64,000 bases of DNA from Clostridiales bacterium. GTDB taxonomy: Bacteria; Bacillota; Clostridia; Saccharofermentanales; Saccharofermentanaceae. The stretch's first letter is position 1; each line of letters starts with the position of its first letter. The position numbers and the translations under genes are program-made. Below are positions 8,526-18,850 of the stretch, piece by piece. The stretch lies in the NCBI GenBank assembly GCA_017513085.1, contig JAFWDK010000001.1:1-64000 (forward strand), read 5' to 3'. The notes under the pieces were generated by a model. That model saw only the letters and a list, made by a program, of their open reading frames with translations, had not been told where the DNA came from and searched no databases.

Positions 8526-10231
8526 ACAGGATTGCGATTTTAAAAAGTCTGATCTGCACAGTAGCATTTAGTCTGCTCACAGGGGCAGTTCCTTATGTGG
8601 GGATCTATTCTCTGTTTATAGCGATATTGCTGTACTGGCTGTTCGACTCTGTAAAAACAGACAGCAGTTTGTCGGCGCGGCTTTGTTCCGCTGTTTTTGG
8701 AGTTTTCTCCTTTTTACATGTCTTTCAGGTCAATGTTTATGAAGACGTACTGGCGAAATATCCGGCATTCGGCAAAGCTTTTGTTTTGGTGGTGATCTTT
8801 GCGGGAGTATATCTTTTTGCGAAAACGGTACTGTCTTACGCGTATGCACTGATGGATAAATGGACTCCCGGAAAGAGAAAACTCAGCCCAAATATCCTGT
8901 TTGTTATCTTCTTTGAACTGCTGATTCTGCTGTATCTTCCGGCCTGGATGATGGAGTTCCCGGGAATCGTTCCGCCGGATACATTAGATCAGATCGGCCA
9001 AATCACTTCGAATGTATATATCAACCATCATCCTTTTGCGCATACGATGTGGCTGAAGCTATTACTGAGTTTCGGAACGAAGATGAACGTCAGAGTTGGT
9101 ATCGCGGGGCTGCTGCAGCTAATCATCAATGCTTTGGTCTTTGCTCTTGTGATCAAGACTGTATATAAAAAGACCGGCTCATTAACAGCTTCGATCGTAG
9201 TGTTCTTATTCTATGGGCTGATGAGTTTCCATGCTTTTTATAACGTGACGTTAATCAAGGATACAACGCATGCGGCGCTGACCTGTTCGCTGCTGATGCT
9301 GCTGATCGGTTATTTCGACGAGAGGACCGCAAAAAGAAAGAATATCTATACAGCGCTTATTCTGCTGTTTTCCGTCTTGTTCTGTCTGTTCAGGACTAAT
9401 GGTTACTACGCGTTTGTAGTTCTGATCCTTGTGTCATTTGTTTATGCGATAAAAACCAGGGATTTCAAATTATCCGCAGTGATGCTGATCGCGATCGTGC
9501 TTGCGACGATCATCAAAGGACCGGTATACACTTCTCTGGGCGTTTCCAAAGCAAGCTATGCGGAAGCTCTTTCGGTCCCTGCCCAGCAGATCGCTTACGT
9601 CATCAAGAACGGCAGATATCTGACCGACGAGGAGATAGAGATGGTCGGAGCCATTATAGAGATAGGCGATATTCCGCAATACTATGATTATTTCCTGTCT
9701 GACCCAATAAAGCATCTGATGAACAACCGCGGGAATATCTCCTATCTGGAATCGCATAAACTGCAGTATCTGCTTTTATGGGTAAAAATCGGGATCAGAT
9801 ATCCTCTGGATTATCTGCGCGCCTGGGTCAATCAGTGCAGCGGCTTTTTCACACCTCATTACTATTCGACAAGCATTTTCTGGGGTGTTTGGAACAATGA
9901 ATTAGGAATTACATCCGCGCCGCTGATCGGGAACGAAGCTCTGATAGAGACTTTGCAAGATCTGGCGGCTCAGCAGCATGAGATCCCGCTCTTTGGTGTT
10001 CTTCATTATCCGGCTGTTTCGGTCTGGATCACTGTGATCATGATCTGTTATGCGTTAAGAAACAGGGACGAAAAGAGCCTGGTGATTATTGCGCCTCTTT
10101 TCGGAATTTTCCTGACTCTGCTGTTAAGCTGTCCGTATAATCTGTCGTTCCGCTATTCATATGCGATCACTGCCTGTTTACCGTTGCTGATCATGTACCC
10201 GCTGGTGAAGCGAAGGAAGAAGGTGGCGTGA
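8522..10231 (+). CDS. DUF6020-like polytopic membrane protein, paralog of the previous gene
   Basis: FPGIVPPDT, HHPFAHT, KD, RTNG, RYPLDYL and FRYSY motifs shared with 6666-8525. Confidence 0.75.
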   Translation: MNRIAILKSLICTVAFSLLTGAVPYVGIYSLFIAILLYWLFDSVKTDSSLSARLCSAVFGVFSFLHVFQVNVYEDVLAKYPAFGKAFVLVVIFAGVYLFAKTVLSYAYALMDKWTPGKRKLSPNILFVIFFELLILLYLPAWMMEFPGIVPPDTLDQIGQITSNVYINHHPFAHTMWLKLLLSFGTKMNVRVGIAGLLQLIINALVFALVIKTVYKKTGSLTASIVVFLFYGLMSFHAFYNVTLIKDTTHAALTCSLLMLLIGYFDERTAKRKNIYTALILLFSVLFCLFRTNGYYAFVVLILVSFVYAIKTRDFKLSAVMLIAIVLATIIKGPVYTSLGVSKASYAEALSVPAQQIAYVIKNGRYLTDEEIEMVGAIIEIGDIPQYYDYFLSDPIKHLMNNRGNISYLESHKLQYLLLWVKIGIRYPLDYLRAWVNQCSGFFTPHYYSTSIFWGVWNNELGITSAPLIGNEALIETLQDLAAQQHEIPLFGVLHYPAVSVWITVIMICYALRNRDEKSLVIIAPLFGIFLTLLLSCPYNLSFRYSYAITACLPLLIMYPLVKRRKKVA

Positions 10232-11223
10232 TGGAACTTTTAACGATTATTATTCCCACTTATAAGGGAGCCGATTCATTGCCGGTAGCACTTGAATCGA
10301 TATGCAGACAGTCTTACAAGAAGATCGAAGTTATTGTTTCAGATGATAACGGACCGGGCACGCCCGGCCAGCTCGAGACCGCCAAAATCATAGAGCATTA
10401 TCAAAGCAAGCTGGACCTGGTATACCTTATCAACGAGCACGTCAACGGATCACATGCCCGAAACGAAGGATTGAAACGAGCAAAGGGAGCTTATGTCTCT
10501 TTTCTGGACGATGATGATTTTTATCTGCCTCATTATGCGGAAAGACTTGCCGAAGCTTTTGTCAAAAATGCGGATGCTGATCTGCTGTTTTTTGACGTCC
10601 TGGTTCTGACAAAAGAAGGCTCCGGACGGATCGTCAGCAATGAGGCGATCTCAGCCAGAGATCTGCTGTTTATGAAGAAGGAGATCGGCAGTGGCTCCAA
10701 CATCTGCTTCAGAAAAAAGATATTTGATGAATCCGGAGGCTTTGAGGAAAAATACTTCAGGCTTCAGGATATTGAATTCATCGTTAAAAAACTGAATAGA
10801 TATAGATCCTTGTGGATAAATGATCTGGAAGTCGTCAAGTATTACAATACGACGGACAATTATCTGAATTATCAAAAATCATTGGAACATTATAAGTTTT
10901 TACGAGATGACTGCGTAAGTCAGGAGATCATCACTGAGCAGGAAGCGGAAGAACTTTTCGGCATACAGCTTCACAGTCTGTACAACGACTCACTGGTCAA
11001 GAATTCGCCCTACAAGGATATCCGCACATTAAGCAACTTAATGAAGGACAGAGGCGTGCTGACAACACAGGACAAGTGTCTAAGGTCCGTTTACAGAATA
11101 TCCCCATCGTTATTTAACCTGATTTTTAGAACGTATATGCGTATGAAGAAGAAAAAACCCGTGATCGCAAACATTCGGGAAATGCTCGCGTACCGTAAAG
11201 AACTGGAGTCTGCAAAACAATGA
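10231..11223 (+). CDS. Glycosyltransferase family 2
   Basis: IIIPTY, VSDD, ARNEGL, FLDDDD. Confidence 0.9.
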   Translation: MELLTIIIPTYKGADSLPVALESICRQSYKKIEVIVSDDNGPGTPGQLETAKIIEHYQSKLDLVYLINEHVNGSHARNEGLKRAKGAYVSFLDDDDFYLPHYAERLAEAFVKNADADLLFFDVLVLTKEGSGRIVSNEAISARDLLFMKKEIGSGSNICFRKKIFDESGGFEEKYFRLQDIEFIVKKLNRYRSLWINDLEVVKYYNTTDNYLNYQKSLEHYKFLRDDCVSQEIITEQEAEELFGIQLHSLYNDSLVKNSPYKDIRTLSNLMKDRGVLTTQDKCLRSVYRISPSLFNLIFRTYMRMKKKKPVIANIREMLAYRKELESAKQ

Positions 11224-12290
11224 AAATCTGTTTTTTGATCGATGATTACAGCGCTACCGGAGGGATTCAGAGGGTCGTCCCGCTTGTTTGTAATGCTCTG
11301 ACCGATGCACACGAAATCCATGTGGTCTCAATGTATAACGAGCACGGCCAGAACAATAGGGATTCATATACCGCAAGTATCCGTCACAGCGTTCTGATTT
11401 CCGGGAAAAAGGAGTATATCAAGCAGGCTTTTCGGGTAGTTGGATTATTGCGTAAGTATCTCCGTGACAATCAGATCGATGTCCTTGTCGAAACAAGCGA
11501 AATGCTTTCCCCGTATTCTTTTTTAGCGACACTTGGTCTCAAGGTGCCTTATATCCTGTGGACGCATTCCACGGCTTTCAGATATAACGAAGCCTTAACG
11601 CAAAGACCTTTCAAAAGACTAGGGATCTCTACGTCAGCCTATACAGTTGCTTTGACCGGAAAGATCAGGGATGAGCTGATTGGAAAATACAAAGTCAGTA
11701 ATATAGTCTCGATCCCCAATCCCATAGACAGTGAGCTTATGCGCAGCGTTTCTTATAATGGCGCAGAAAAAAAGATCATTTCTGTCGGCAGGATCTGTTA
11801 TGAGAAATACTATGAAAAACTGATCGAAGTCGCTGAGATCGTTCTTAAAAATAATCCGGAATGGACATGGGATGTGTATGGTGACGGCGAAGACAGACCC
11901 AAATATGAGAAAATGGCTTCGGATAAAGGCATTACCCAGTTGGCATTCAAAGGAAACGCAAACAATCTTTATGAACTGTACAGGGAATATGCATTTTTGG
12001 TAATGACTTCCCGAAGCGAAGCCTTTCCTATGGCGATTCTTGAAGGAACGGCGAGCGGTCTTCCTTTGGTCGCATTCGCTATAGATGGTGTAAATGAGAT
12101 GATCAAGGGCAACGGTTATCTGGTAACGCCGTTTGATCAAAACGAGATGGCTGACTGCATTCAGAAACTGATCGACAGCGAGACTCTGCGCCGTGAGTTC
12201 TCTGAAAAAAGCATTCAATTAAGAAATGAATATGATATATTGAAAATCGCCGAGAAATGGAACGCACTGTTTGACAAAATAAAGAGATGA
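11220..12290 (+). CDS. Glycosyltransferase family 4 (GT-B)
   Basis: GGIQRV, IPNP, SVGR, SRSEAFPMAILEG. Confidence 0.9.
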   Translation: MKICFLIDDYSATGGIQRVVPLVCNALTDAHEIHVVSMYNEHGQNNRDSYTASIRHSVLISGKKEYIKQAFRVVGLLRKYLRDNQIDVLVETSEMLSPYSFLATLGLKVPYILWTHSTAFRYNEALTQRPFKRLGISTSAYTVALTGKIRDELIGKYKVSNIVSIPNPIDSELMRSVSYNGAEKKIISVGRICYEKYYEKLIEVAEIVLKNNPEWTWDVYGDGEDRPKYEKMASDKGITQLAFKGNANNLYELYREYAFLVMTSRSEAFPMAILEGTASGLPLVAFAIDGVNEMIKGNGYLVTPFDQNEMADCIQKLIDSETLRREFSEKSIQLRNEYDILKIAEKWNALFDKIKR

Positions 12291-13255
12291 AGAAGATCCC
12301 GTGGTTGTTAAAAGCGATTATTGCCGGAACAGCAGCATTTATCGTGCTGAATTTTTTCAGTTTCCTTTATTACAATGTGCCGGCGAGACAGGAAGTGCCG
12401 GACGGCGCCACGGACTATAAATGGCCCGCTAACGCCTTTCATGCGATGGCTACAGAGGGCTTCGGATACGGGAATGTCAATGATGACGGCTATAATAATC
12501 CGGAAGATCTAAAAGATATCGATGAGATCAATGTGCTGTTTATGGGTTCTTCACACCTGGAGGGTTTTAATCTCAGCCCTGACCGGAACGCGGCTGCTGT
12601 GCTGCAAAAACTGACAGGTAAAACAGTCTATAATATCGGAATCAGCGAACATACATTGCTTAGGTGTTTGGATAATCTGGATAATGCCCTGAATAAATAC
12701 GATCCGACTGAATATGTGATCATCGAGACGATGACCGTCAGCTTCTATGATGAAGAGCTGCAGAATGCCCTTAATGGCGAGGGTAGACTTCCGACATATT
12801 CCGGCGGGGTCATGGATATCCTGCAGACGATGAAATACCTGAAGCTCGTTTATTATCAGTATAACAATCTGACGCGCCGCTCTTCACCGGGCGGGACTGC
12901 GCCATTGACAAACGAGGGAATGCTGGATCAGCTGCTGTCATCGGCCGAAAAGACGTGTGAGGATCATAACGTTCGACTCATGATCGTTTTTCATCCGACT
13001 CTTACAGTTGACGATGAGGGAAAGATCACAGCGAATTTCAATACTGAGGATGCCGAACTGATGGAGAAAGTCTGCACTGAAAAGGGCATTGTTTTCATCA
13101 ATATGGCCGATTCTTTTATCGAGCATTACCTGAAGGAGTCTGAGCTTCCTCATGGTTTTTCCAATACAGTCCCCGGTTCCGGACATTTGAATGAAACAGG
13201 GCATTATCTGATCGCTCAGAAAGTAAATGAAGCGATGGAGGCAAACAGACAATGA
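12287..13255 (+). CDS. Membrane-anchored SGNH-like protein (AlgJ/PatB/DltD-like acyl-transfer partner)
   Basis: N-terminal TM, GSSH block I, YNIG, C-terminal GHLNETGH; translationally coupled to an MBOAT gene. Confidence 0.7.
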   Translation: MKKIPWLLKAIIAGTAAFIVLNFFSFLYYNVPARQEVPDGATDYKWPANAFHAMATEGFGYGNVNDDGYNNPEDLKDIDEINVLFMGSSHLEGFNLSPDRNAAAVLQKLTGKTVYNIGISEHTLLRCLDNLDNALNKYDPTEYVIIETMTVSFYDEELQNALNGEGRLPTYSGGVMDILQTMKYLKLVYYQYNNLTRRSSPGGTAPLTNEGMLDQLLSSAEKTCEDHNVRLMIVFHPTLTVDDEGKITANFNTEDAELMEKVCTEKGIVFINMADSFIEHYLKESELPHGFSNTVPGSGHLNETGHYLIAQKVNEAMEANRQ

Positions 13256-14631
13256 TGTTTAACAGCCTTGGATTTCTTGCCTTTTTCCTGATCTCCTACT
13301 GTCTGATCGCGTTATTCAACCGGAAAAAACAATTAAGAAGAAGTTCAAATCTGCTTCTTTTGCTGATTAATCTGGTTTATTATGCGTTCTTCGATTATCG
13401 CTGTCTGCTGATCCTTTCAGGACTGATCATCTGGACCTATTATTGCGGCCTGAAGGTTTCTTCCAACAAAAGATATCTGACTGCCGGGATCGTATTGAAC
13501 GTAGCAGTGCTGTTTGTCTTTAAATACTACGGTTTCTTTGCGGAATCGTTAATACGTTTATTCGGACTGAGAGAGGGATCTCTGATGAGGATCATTCTCC
13601 CGATCGGCATATCCTTTTATGTATTCAAAGCAATCGCGTATCTGGCTGACGTTTATCATGGCCGCTGCGAGACCGAAACGGATTTTGTTGCCCTGGCCGT
13701 GTATATCTCCTTCTTCCCGGAAATCGTTGCAGGTCCGATCAGCAGAGCCGATCAGATGCTGAAGCAGATCAAAGCGGATCGAAATATCAGCCTCGAAGAT
13801 CTTTCGACAGGTATCCAAATGTTCGTTATCGGACTGTTCAAGAAGACGGTGATCGCCGATAATATCAGTGTATTTGTCAATGAAGTCTATCGGGCACCAA
13901 ATATTTATTCCTCTCTTACAATCTTGCTGTGTGTCGTTGCTTACAGTGTTGAGATCTACATGGATTTTAGCGGATATTCTGATATGGCTATAGGCTGCGC
14001 AAGAATGATCGGCTTCCGGAGCGAGAAGAATTTCAACCTCCCGTATGTTTCCAGGAACGTCACCGAATTCTGGAAAAGATGGCATATGAGCCTGTCTTCC
14101 TGGCTGATGCGTTATATCTATATCCCGCTGGGAGGTAACCGCAAAGGCAGATCCAGGCAATATCTGAATCTGTTGCTGACTATGGCTCTCGGAGGTCTGT
14201 GGCATGGTGCCAATTGGACTTTCGTAGTATGGGGCATCGTCAACGGTCTGGCATTGATCGTTCATAAGGTATATGCTTCGGGTAATAACCGGAAAGAGGG
14301 AGGGATCTTCTCCATTCTTCTGACCTTTGCGTTCGTGAGCCTGGTCTGGGTGCTTTTCCGGGCAAACACGCTCACCAATGCTATGGAGATCTATTCCGGC
14401 CTCATCAGTTTCAGAGGCGGGATCGATTACTACAGTTCCTGGGCTGTTTTCGGAATCGCTGTCACGTTCGTCTGCACAGCGATAGCGTATGTCAGAAATG
14501 ATAAAAACGCTTACTATCCTCTGGTCGATCTGAACACCGTCACGGGTCTTTTCCTGTTTTTCCTGTTAATCGGTCTAATCGTCGGATTAGCATACACCGG
14601 CGCAAATCCATTCATTTATGCAGCATTCTGA
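13252..14631 (+). CDS. MBOAT O-acyltransferase (AlgI/DltB/PatA family)
   Basis: LPIGISFYVF, FFPEIVAGPI, DFSGYSDMAIG, FWKRWHMSL, YIPLGGNR, LWHGA. Confidence 0.95.
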   Translation: MMFNSLGFLAFFLISYCLIALFNRKKQLRRSSNLLLLLINLVYYAFFDYRCLLILSGLIIWTYYCGLKVSSNKRYLTAGIVLNVAVLFVFKYYGFFAESLIRLFGLREGSLMRIILPIGISFYVFKAIAYLADVYHGRCETETDFVALAVYISFFPEIVAGPISRADQMLKQIKADRNISLEDLSTGIQMFVIGLFKKTVIADNISVFVNEVYRAPNIYSSLTILLCVVAYSVEIYMDFSGYSDMAIGCARMIGFRSEKNFNLPYVSRNVTEFWKRWHMSLSSWLMRYIYIPLGGNRKGRSRQYLNLLLTMALGGLWHGANWTFVVWGIVNGLALIVHKVYASGNNRKEGGIFSILLTFAFVSLVWVLFRANTLTNAMEIYSGLISFRGGIDYYSSWAVFGIAVTFVCTAIAYVRNDKNAYYPLVDLNTVTGLFLFFLLIGLIVGLAYTGANPFIYAAF

Positions 14632-14632
14632 T

Positions 14633-15583
14633 ATGAAACCATTTATCTCTGTCATTATTCCCGTATATAACTGTGAGCGCTATCTTGAGAGATGTCTAGA
14701 CAGCGTTTTCAGCCAGGATTACAGCAATTATGAAGTTATCTGTATCGATGACGGCTCATCTGACGGAAGCGCCGAGATCATTAAAAAGTATCGCTGCCGT
14801 TATTATTGGCAAACCAACGCCGGACAGGCTGCCGCCAGAAACAGGGGAATTGAGCTTGCTGAAGGGGAATGGATCTGTTTCGTCGATGCCGACGATGCCA
14901 TTGAGTCCGACTATCTCTCCAAACTTGTCGGCGGCATAACAGAAAATGCCGGGATCGTTGTCTGCAGGATCAAAAGGATCAATGAAGACGGATCCAGCAG
15001 TGTGGATGTGCTTAAAAAGACCGGGCTGCTCAATGCTGCGGAAGCATTGGTGACGCTGAATATCGGCCCGACGAACAAACTGATCAGGAAAGACATCATC
15101 AAAGACTGCCGCTTTATTGAGGGAAAGCTCAGATTTGAAGACGTTCTGTTTACGCCGGAGTTAATTATCAATTCGGGTCATGTAAACGTAATTGACGATG
15201 TTCTCTACGACTATTATGTCAGGGAGAACTCAACGATGCGCCGTTTTGACGATAGTCTGAACAATATTTTTACGGTGCTTGATGAGCTGAAGAAAAAGGA
15301 CTTCAGCAGCACTTACAGCGAAGAGATCGGTTACATCATCTTTAAGAATGCCTTGTTCGGTCACCTGTCCAGGATTGTCTATTTTGACAACAAAACTGCA
15401 ATGGCTGAACTCAAAAAAGCCGAGCAGTATGTACTGAAAAACGTTCCTGATTACTGGCAGAACAAGTATATCCGGCAGGATCGGCAGCCATATTTCTATA
15501 TCGGTGTCCGGCTTTTCCGGATCGGGCTGCTCAAGCTGCTGATTCGTCCGCTGAGACTGCTTGAGAAAAGAGTTAAGCGGTAG
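14633..15583 (+). CDS. Glycosyltransferase family 2
   Basis: SVIIPVYN, IDDGSSD, ARNRG, FVDADD, FED. Confidence 0.92.
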   Translation: MKPFISVIIPVYNCERYLERCLDSVFSQDYSNYEVICIDDGSSDGSAEIIKKYRCRYYWQTNAGQAAARNRGIELAEGEWICFVDADDAIESDYLSKLVGGITENAGIVVCRIKRINEDGSSSVDVLKKTGLLNAAEALVTLNIGPTNKLIRKDIIKDCRFIEGKLRFEDVLFTPELIINSGHVNVIDDVLYDYYVRENSTMRRFDDSLNNIFTVLDELKKKDFSSTYSEEIGYIIFKNALFGHLSRIVYFDNKTAMAELKKAEQYVLKNVPDYWQNKYIRQDRQPYFYIGVRLFRIGLLKLLIRPLRLLEKRVKR

Positions 15584-15647
15584 GGACTGCTGTTTTCTCC
15601 AGAAACCGGCGATTCAACGCAGAATAAATACGCTATAATTTAAAGCG

Positions 15648-16316
15648 ATGAAAACTTTGGTCATTATTCCTGCTTTTAATGAAGAAGCGAATATCCTTCG
15701 TCTGACAAAAGAACTGATTTCTTTTGGGTATGACTATATCGTGATCAATGACGGCTCAACCGACAGAACGCCTGAGATCCTGAAAGAGAACGGGCTCAAG
15801 CACCTGGATCTCAAGGAAAACGTGGGTATAGCCGGAGTGACCAAAGTCGGATTTCGCTATGCATACGAAAACAACTATGATGGCGCGATCGTAGTGGATG
15901 GAGACGGGCAGCATCCTCCGGAATATATTGGTGCACTGCTTAAAGAAGTGACAGCGGGATGCGATTATGTCGTTGGCTCCAGATTCATCACTGAGAAAAA
16001 ACCTTATAACATGAGAATGCTTGGCAGCAGGATCCTGTGCTTTTTGATCAAACTTAAGACAGGCACCGGTGTAACGGATCCGACAAGCGGCATGCGGGCT
16101 TTGGGGAAAAAGGTACTTGCCGATTTTTCCGAGAATATGAATTTCATAGCTGAGCCGGATGCGCTCTGCTATATCCTGAAAAAAGGATACCGGTTTAAAG
16201 AGATTCAGGTCAGGATGAAAGAACGCGAAGGCGGTGTCTCCTATTTTGTAAGTCCCTTTAAATCCATTCGTTATATGATAACCGTGATTCTTTCAATTAT
16301 TTTTGTACAGTGGTAG
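15648..16316 (+). CDS. GT2 polyprenyl-phosphate-sugar synthase (GacI/DPM-like)
   Basis: IIPAFNEE, INDGSTD, VDGDGQH, GSRF, DPTSGMR; followed by a DUF2304-like gene. Confidence 0.88.
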   Translation: MKTLVIIPAFNEEANILRLTKELISFGYDYIVINDGSTDRTPEILKENGLKHLDLKENVGIAGVTKVGFRYAYENNYDGAIVVDGDGQHPPEYIGALLKEVTAGCDYVVGSRFITEKKPYNMRMLGSRILCFLIKLKTGTGVTDPTSGMRALGKKVLADFSENMNFIAEPDALCYILKKGYRFKEIQVRMKEREGGVSYFVSPFKSIRYMITVILSIIFVQW

Positions 16317-16323
16317 GTGAATC

Positions 16324-16674
16324 ATGAATAAAACTCTGCATATATTCCTATTTGTATTTTCTATGATGTCGATGATCCTTATTCTTCATAATGTCCGCCG
16401 GAACAAAATGAATATTCATTATTCAATGATCTGGATCATCATCGGCATACTGCTGATCGTGATCTCGATCTTTCCTGGGCTTGTCTCCTTTCTGTCACGG
16501 ATTTTGGGCATCTCGACGCCATCGAATACCATTTTCCTGATAACGATCTTTTTTCTGTATGCGCTGAGCTTCTATTCTTATCTGCGCATATCAAAACTGT
16601 CCGATCAGATCCAGTCCCTGAATTATGAAATAGCACTGCTCAAAAAGAAACAGGAAAAGCAGGATACGGAATAA
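16324..16674 (+). CDS. DUF2304-like small membrane protein (GacJ-like partner)
   Basis: Three TM helices, SIFP...LGI..PSN motif, coiled C-terminus; directly after a DPM-like GT2. Confidence 0.8.
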   Translation: MNKTLHIFLFVFSMMSMILILHNVRRNKMNIHYSMIWIIIGILLIVISIFPGLVSFLSRILGISTPSNTIFLITIFFLYALSFYSYLRISKLSDQIQSLNYEIALLKKKQEKQDTE

Positions 16675-16678
16675 CGGT

Positions 16679-18706
16679 TCAGTTATTTTTAAGATCATTC
16701 AGATCGAAAACAGCATATGTATCTGTTGAATAGTCGGTTTTGGAATAACCGGCTTTTTCTATCATTTCCACAAAAGATGTGTAATGTCCGTCAACTTCGC
16801 CCCCTAAGCCGTAATCGACCACAAGGATATCGTAGTCACTTTCCTGAAGCAGTTTGACAGTATCCGCATAGGGAGGCTCATCTTTCGGCCGGAAGTTATC
16901 CCAGCCATCAGTAGGGTAGAACAACAGATATAAAGCGTAGCTGTTATCGCTGTAACGGTTATAGTCATATCTTCTTTCTTTGCCGATCAGATAAGTCGAC
17001 CCTTCTATAAAGGAAGGCATCCAGAAGGTGCTGGTAATGATCGCCGGGCTGCTGATGTTTCTGTCGGTGATCATATTCCTGACATTGCGGATAACCTCCA
17101 ACTCACTGTTATTGATCTTATAGACGGGATTGTAATCATCGCCCGGAACGAAGTAATCATTCGTATATCTCGGGATCTGAACCACCGCCAGAAAGATGCT
17201 GAGCGCAAGCATTGCGGCTTGAAACGCCCGTCTGGGTTTTTCCGCAAACCAGGCGGACAGCTCCGCTAAAAACAGAGCGATCGTAAAATGATTGATGATT
17301 AGATCGTAGCATCGGTAATAGACCCAGTTATATTTGTTGACAACGGTACAGCAGAAAGGGTTGAAGACCGTTAAGATCAGCACCCACGACATGACTGAAA
17401 AGGGGTGTTTTCTTTCTTTGACGAGATAAAAGAGAGCCGGGAGGAGGATGATCAGATTGAAGATCCAATGCCGGATATCCCGGAAATCAAAGTAATCCCA
17501 GGACATATCCTGTCTTTCGCTGTAGTTATAGGTAAACGCCCTGAAATTGAATAGATTGCCGGTAATACGGAATGATAAGGCCGCCAGAACCAGAACGATC
17601 AAAGCAAGCGTGCCATAACGGACATACCGGTTCTGGTAGATTTTCAGAATAATATCATTCAGGAGATACACAGCCGCGATAAACAACGCAGTTGCGGCAA
17701 CGACCCATAGCTTCGCTCCGAGTTTGACGATCAGTATATTGAGGACGGGCACAGCCAGCACTAAAGCATATTCTTTGATTAGATTCTTTTCCTGTTTATA
17801 GAACGCAAAGAACAGTCCGAATAAAGCCAGTGCCATGGAGAAGGTTCCCGTGGAACTCAGTCCGCAGATCCCCAGCATTATCAGATAGAACAGCCATTTG
17901 TGACATTCGTTTTTTTTCTTAATATATCTAAACAGATATAAAGTCGCTAATGCATGGTAAGCCATTCGGTAATTGTTTCCAATAAAACCAAACGCATTGT
18001 TGTAGTAGAAATTTCCCATGAACAGGATCAGCAGGATATATACAGCTGCTTTTATCAATCTTTCACTGCATAATTCATCTGCGACATCTATTGAAACTTC
18101 AATGAATACCGCCTGGCAGATGATCTGAAACGTCCACACAAAAGCAGGCAGAGTCTCGTATGAGATACCGACAAGTCCAAGTACAGACCTGACGGCGAAT
18201 ATATAACAGGCAATAAAGTAATAGTATGACTGGAATACATAGGTGATCCATTGAATATCAGTATTTGGATAAGTGCCGAAATGCGGATGCAATGTATTCA
18301 TCGCCTTATTACCGATATTGAAACTGATCATATTCAGGTAATACAGAACGTCATATCCGTGAGGGTCACCAAGAGTCCTGGTTAAGGAAATAGCGATAGA
18401 GGCGATGAGCAGTATAAGAAAGAGAACGATATGTTTCAACGGAAGAGCTTTGCTCAGCAGACGGCGGTCTTTGATGATCAGAACAAAACCGGCGAGGGTA
18501 ATGAATATCACCAGAGCCAGATATATATAAAAGGAACCGTTAAAAGCGCTGATTGGCCAGCCTGCCAGATACAGTAACGCTATGTATGCAATAAAACCTA
18601 CTGGAAACGATAACGGAAGAGGTTTTTCGTTTATCTTTGAAAAGAGCCATCTTCCCAACAGTTCAAAATAGATCAGCAATATAAACGGCAGAATAAAATA
18701 AATCAT
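16679..18706 (-). CDS. Polytopic membrane protein, probable GT-C glycosyltransferase
   Basis: 675 aa, many TM helices, GDPHGYD..YY loop, extracellular C-domain; paralog of 21249-23276. Confidence 0.7.
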   Translation of the reverse strand: MIYFILPFILLIYFELLGRWLFSKINEKPLPLSFPVGFIAYIALLYLAGWPISAFNGSFYIYLALVIFITLAGFVLIIKDRRLLSKALPLKHIVLFLILLIASIAISLTRTLGDPHGYDVLYYLNMISFNIGNKAMNTLHPHFGTYPNTDIQWITYVFQSYYYFIACYIFAVRSVLGLVGISYETLPAFVWTFQIICQAVFIEVSIDVADELCSERLIKAAVYILLILFMGNFYYNNAFGFIGNNYRMAYHALATLYLFRYIKKKNECHKWLFYLIMLGICGLSSTGTFSMALALFGLFFAFYKQEKNLIKEYALVLAVPVLNILIVKLGAKLWVVAATALFIAAVYLLNDIILKIYQNRYVRYGTLALIVLVLAALSFRITGNLFNFRAFTYNYSERQDMSWDYFDFRDIRHWIFNLIILLPALFYLVKERKHPFSVMSWVLILTVFNPFCCTVVNKYNWVYYRCYDLIINHFTIALFLAELSAWFAEKPRRAFQAAMLALSIFLAVVQIPRYTNDYFVPGDDYNPVYKINNSELEVIRNVRNMITDRNISSPAIITSTFWMPSFIEGSTYLIGKERRYDYNRYSDNSYALYLLFYPTDGWDNFRPKDEPPYADTVKLLQESDYDILVVDYGLGGEVDGHYTSFVEMIEKAGYSKTDYSTDTYAVFDLNDLKNN

Positions 18707-18816
18707 AAAGAACCCTTCTATTAACAGGATGAAAGTTCATCGGAACGTAGTGACAGAAACTAATTGTCTTTTAAATGTTATCATAATTCTTCAATTTGAA
18801 CGCGGATGACCCGCCT

Positions 18817-18844
18817 TTGAAACAATAACCGCTTATAGTATAAT
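18817..18844 (+). promoter_or_regulatory. Sigma-A promoter for the yfhO-like gene (probably leaderless)
   Basis: TTGAAA (18817-18822), 16 nt spacer, TATAAT (18839-18844), ATG at 18851. Confidence 0.6.
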
Positions 18845-18850
18845 GTGAGC

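Noticed and set aside
17910-17917. T8 tract (A8 on the coding strand) and T6/T7 tracts at 6953-6966 as phase-variation sites
   Set aside because: Short, frames are intact, and such runs are expected in AT-rich membrane-protein genes
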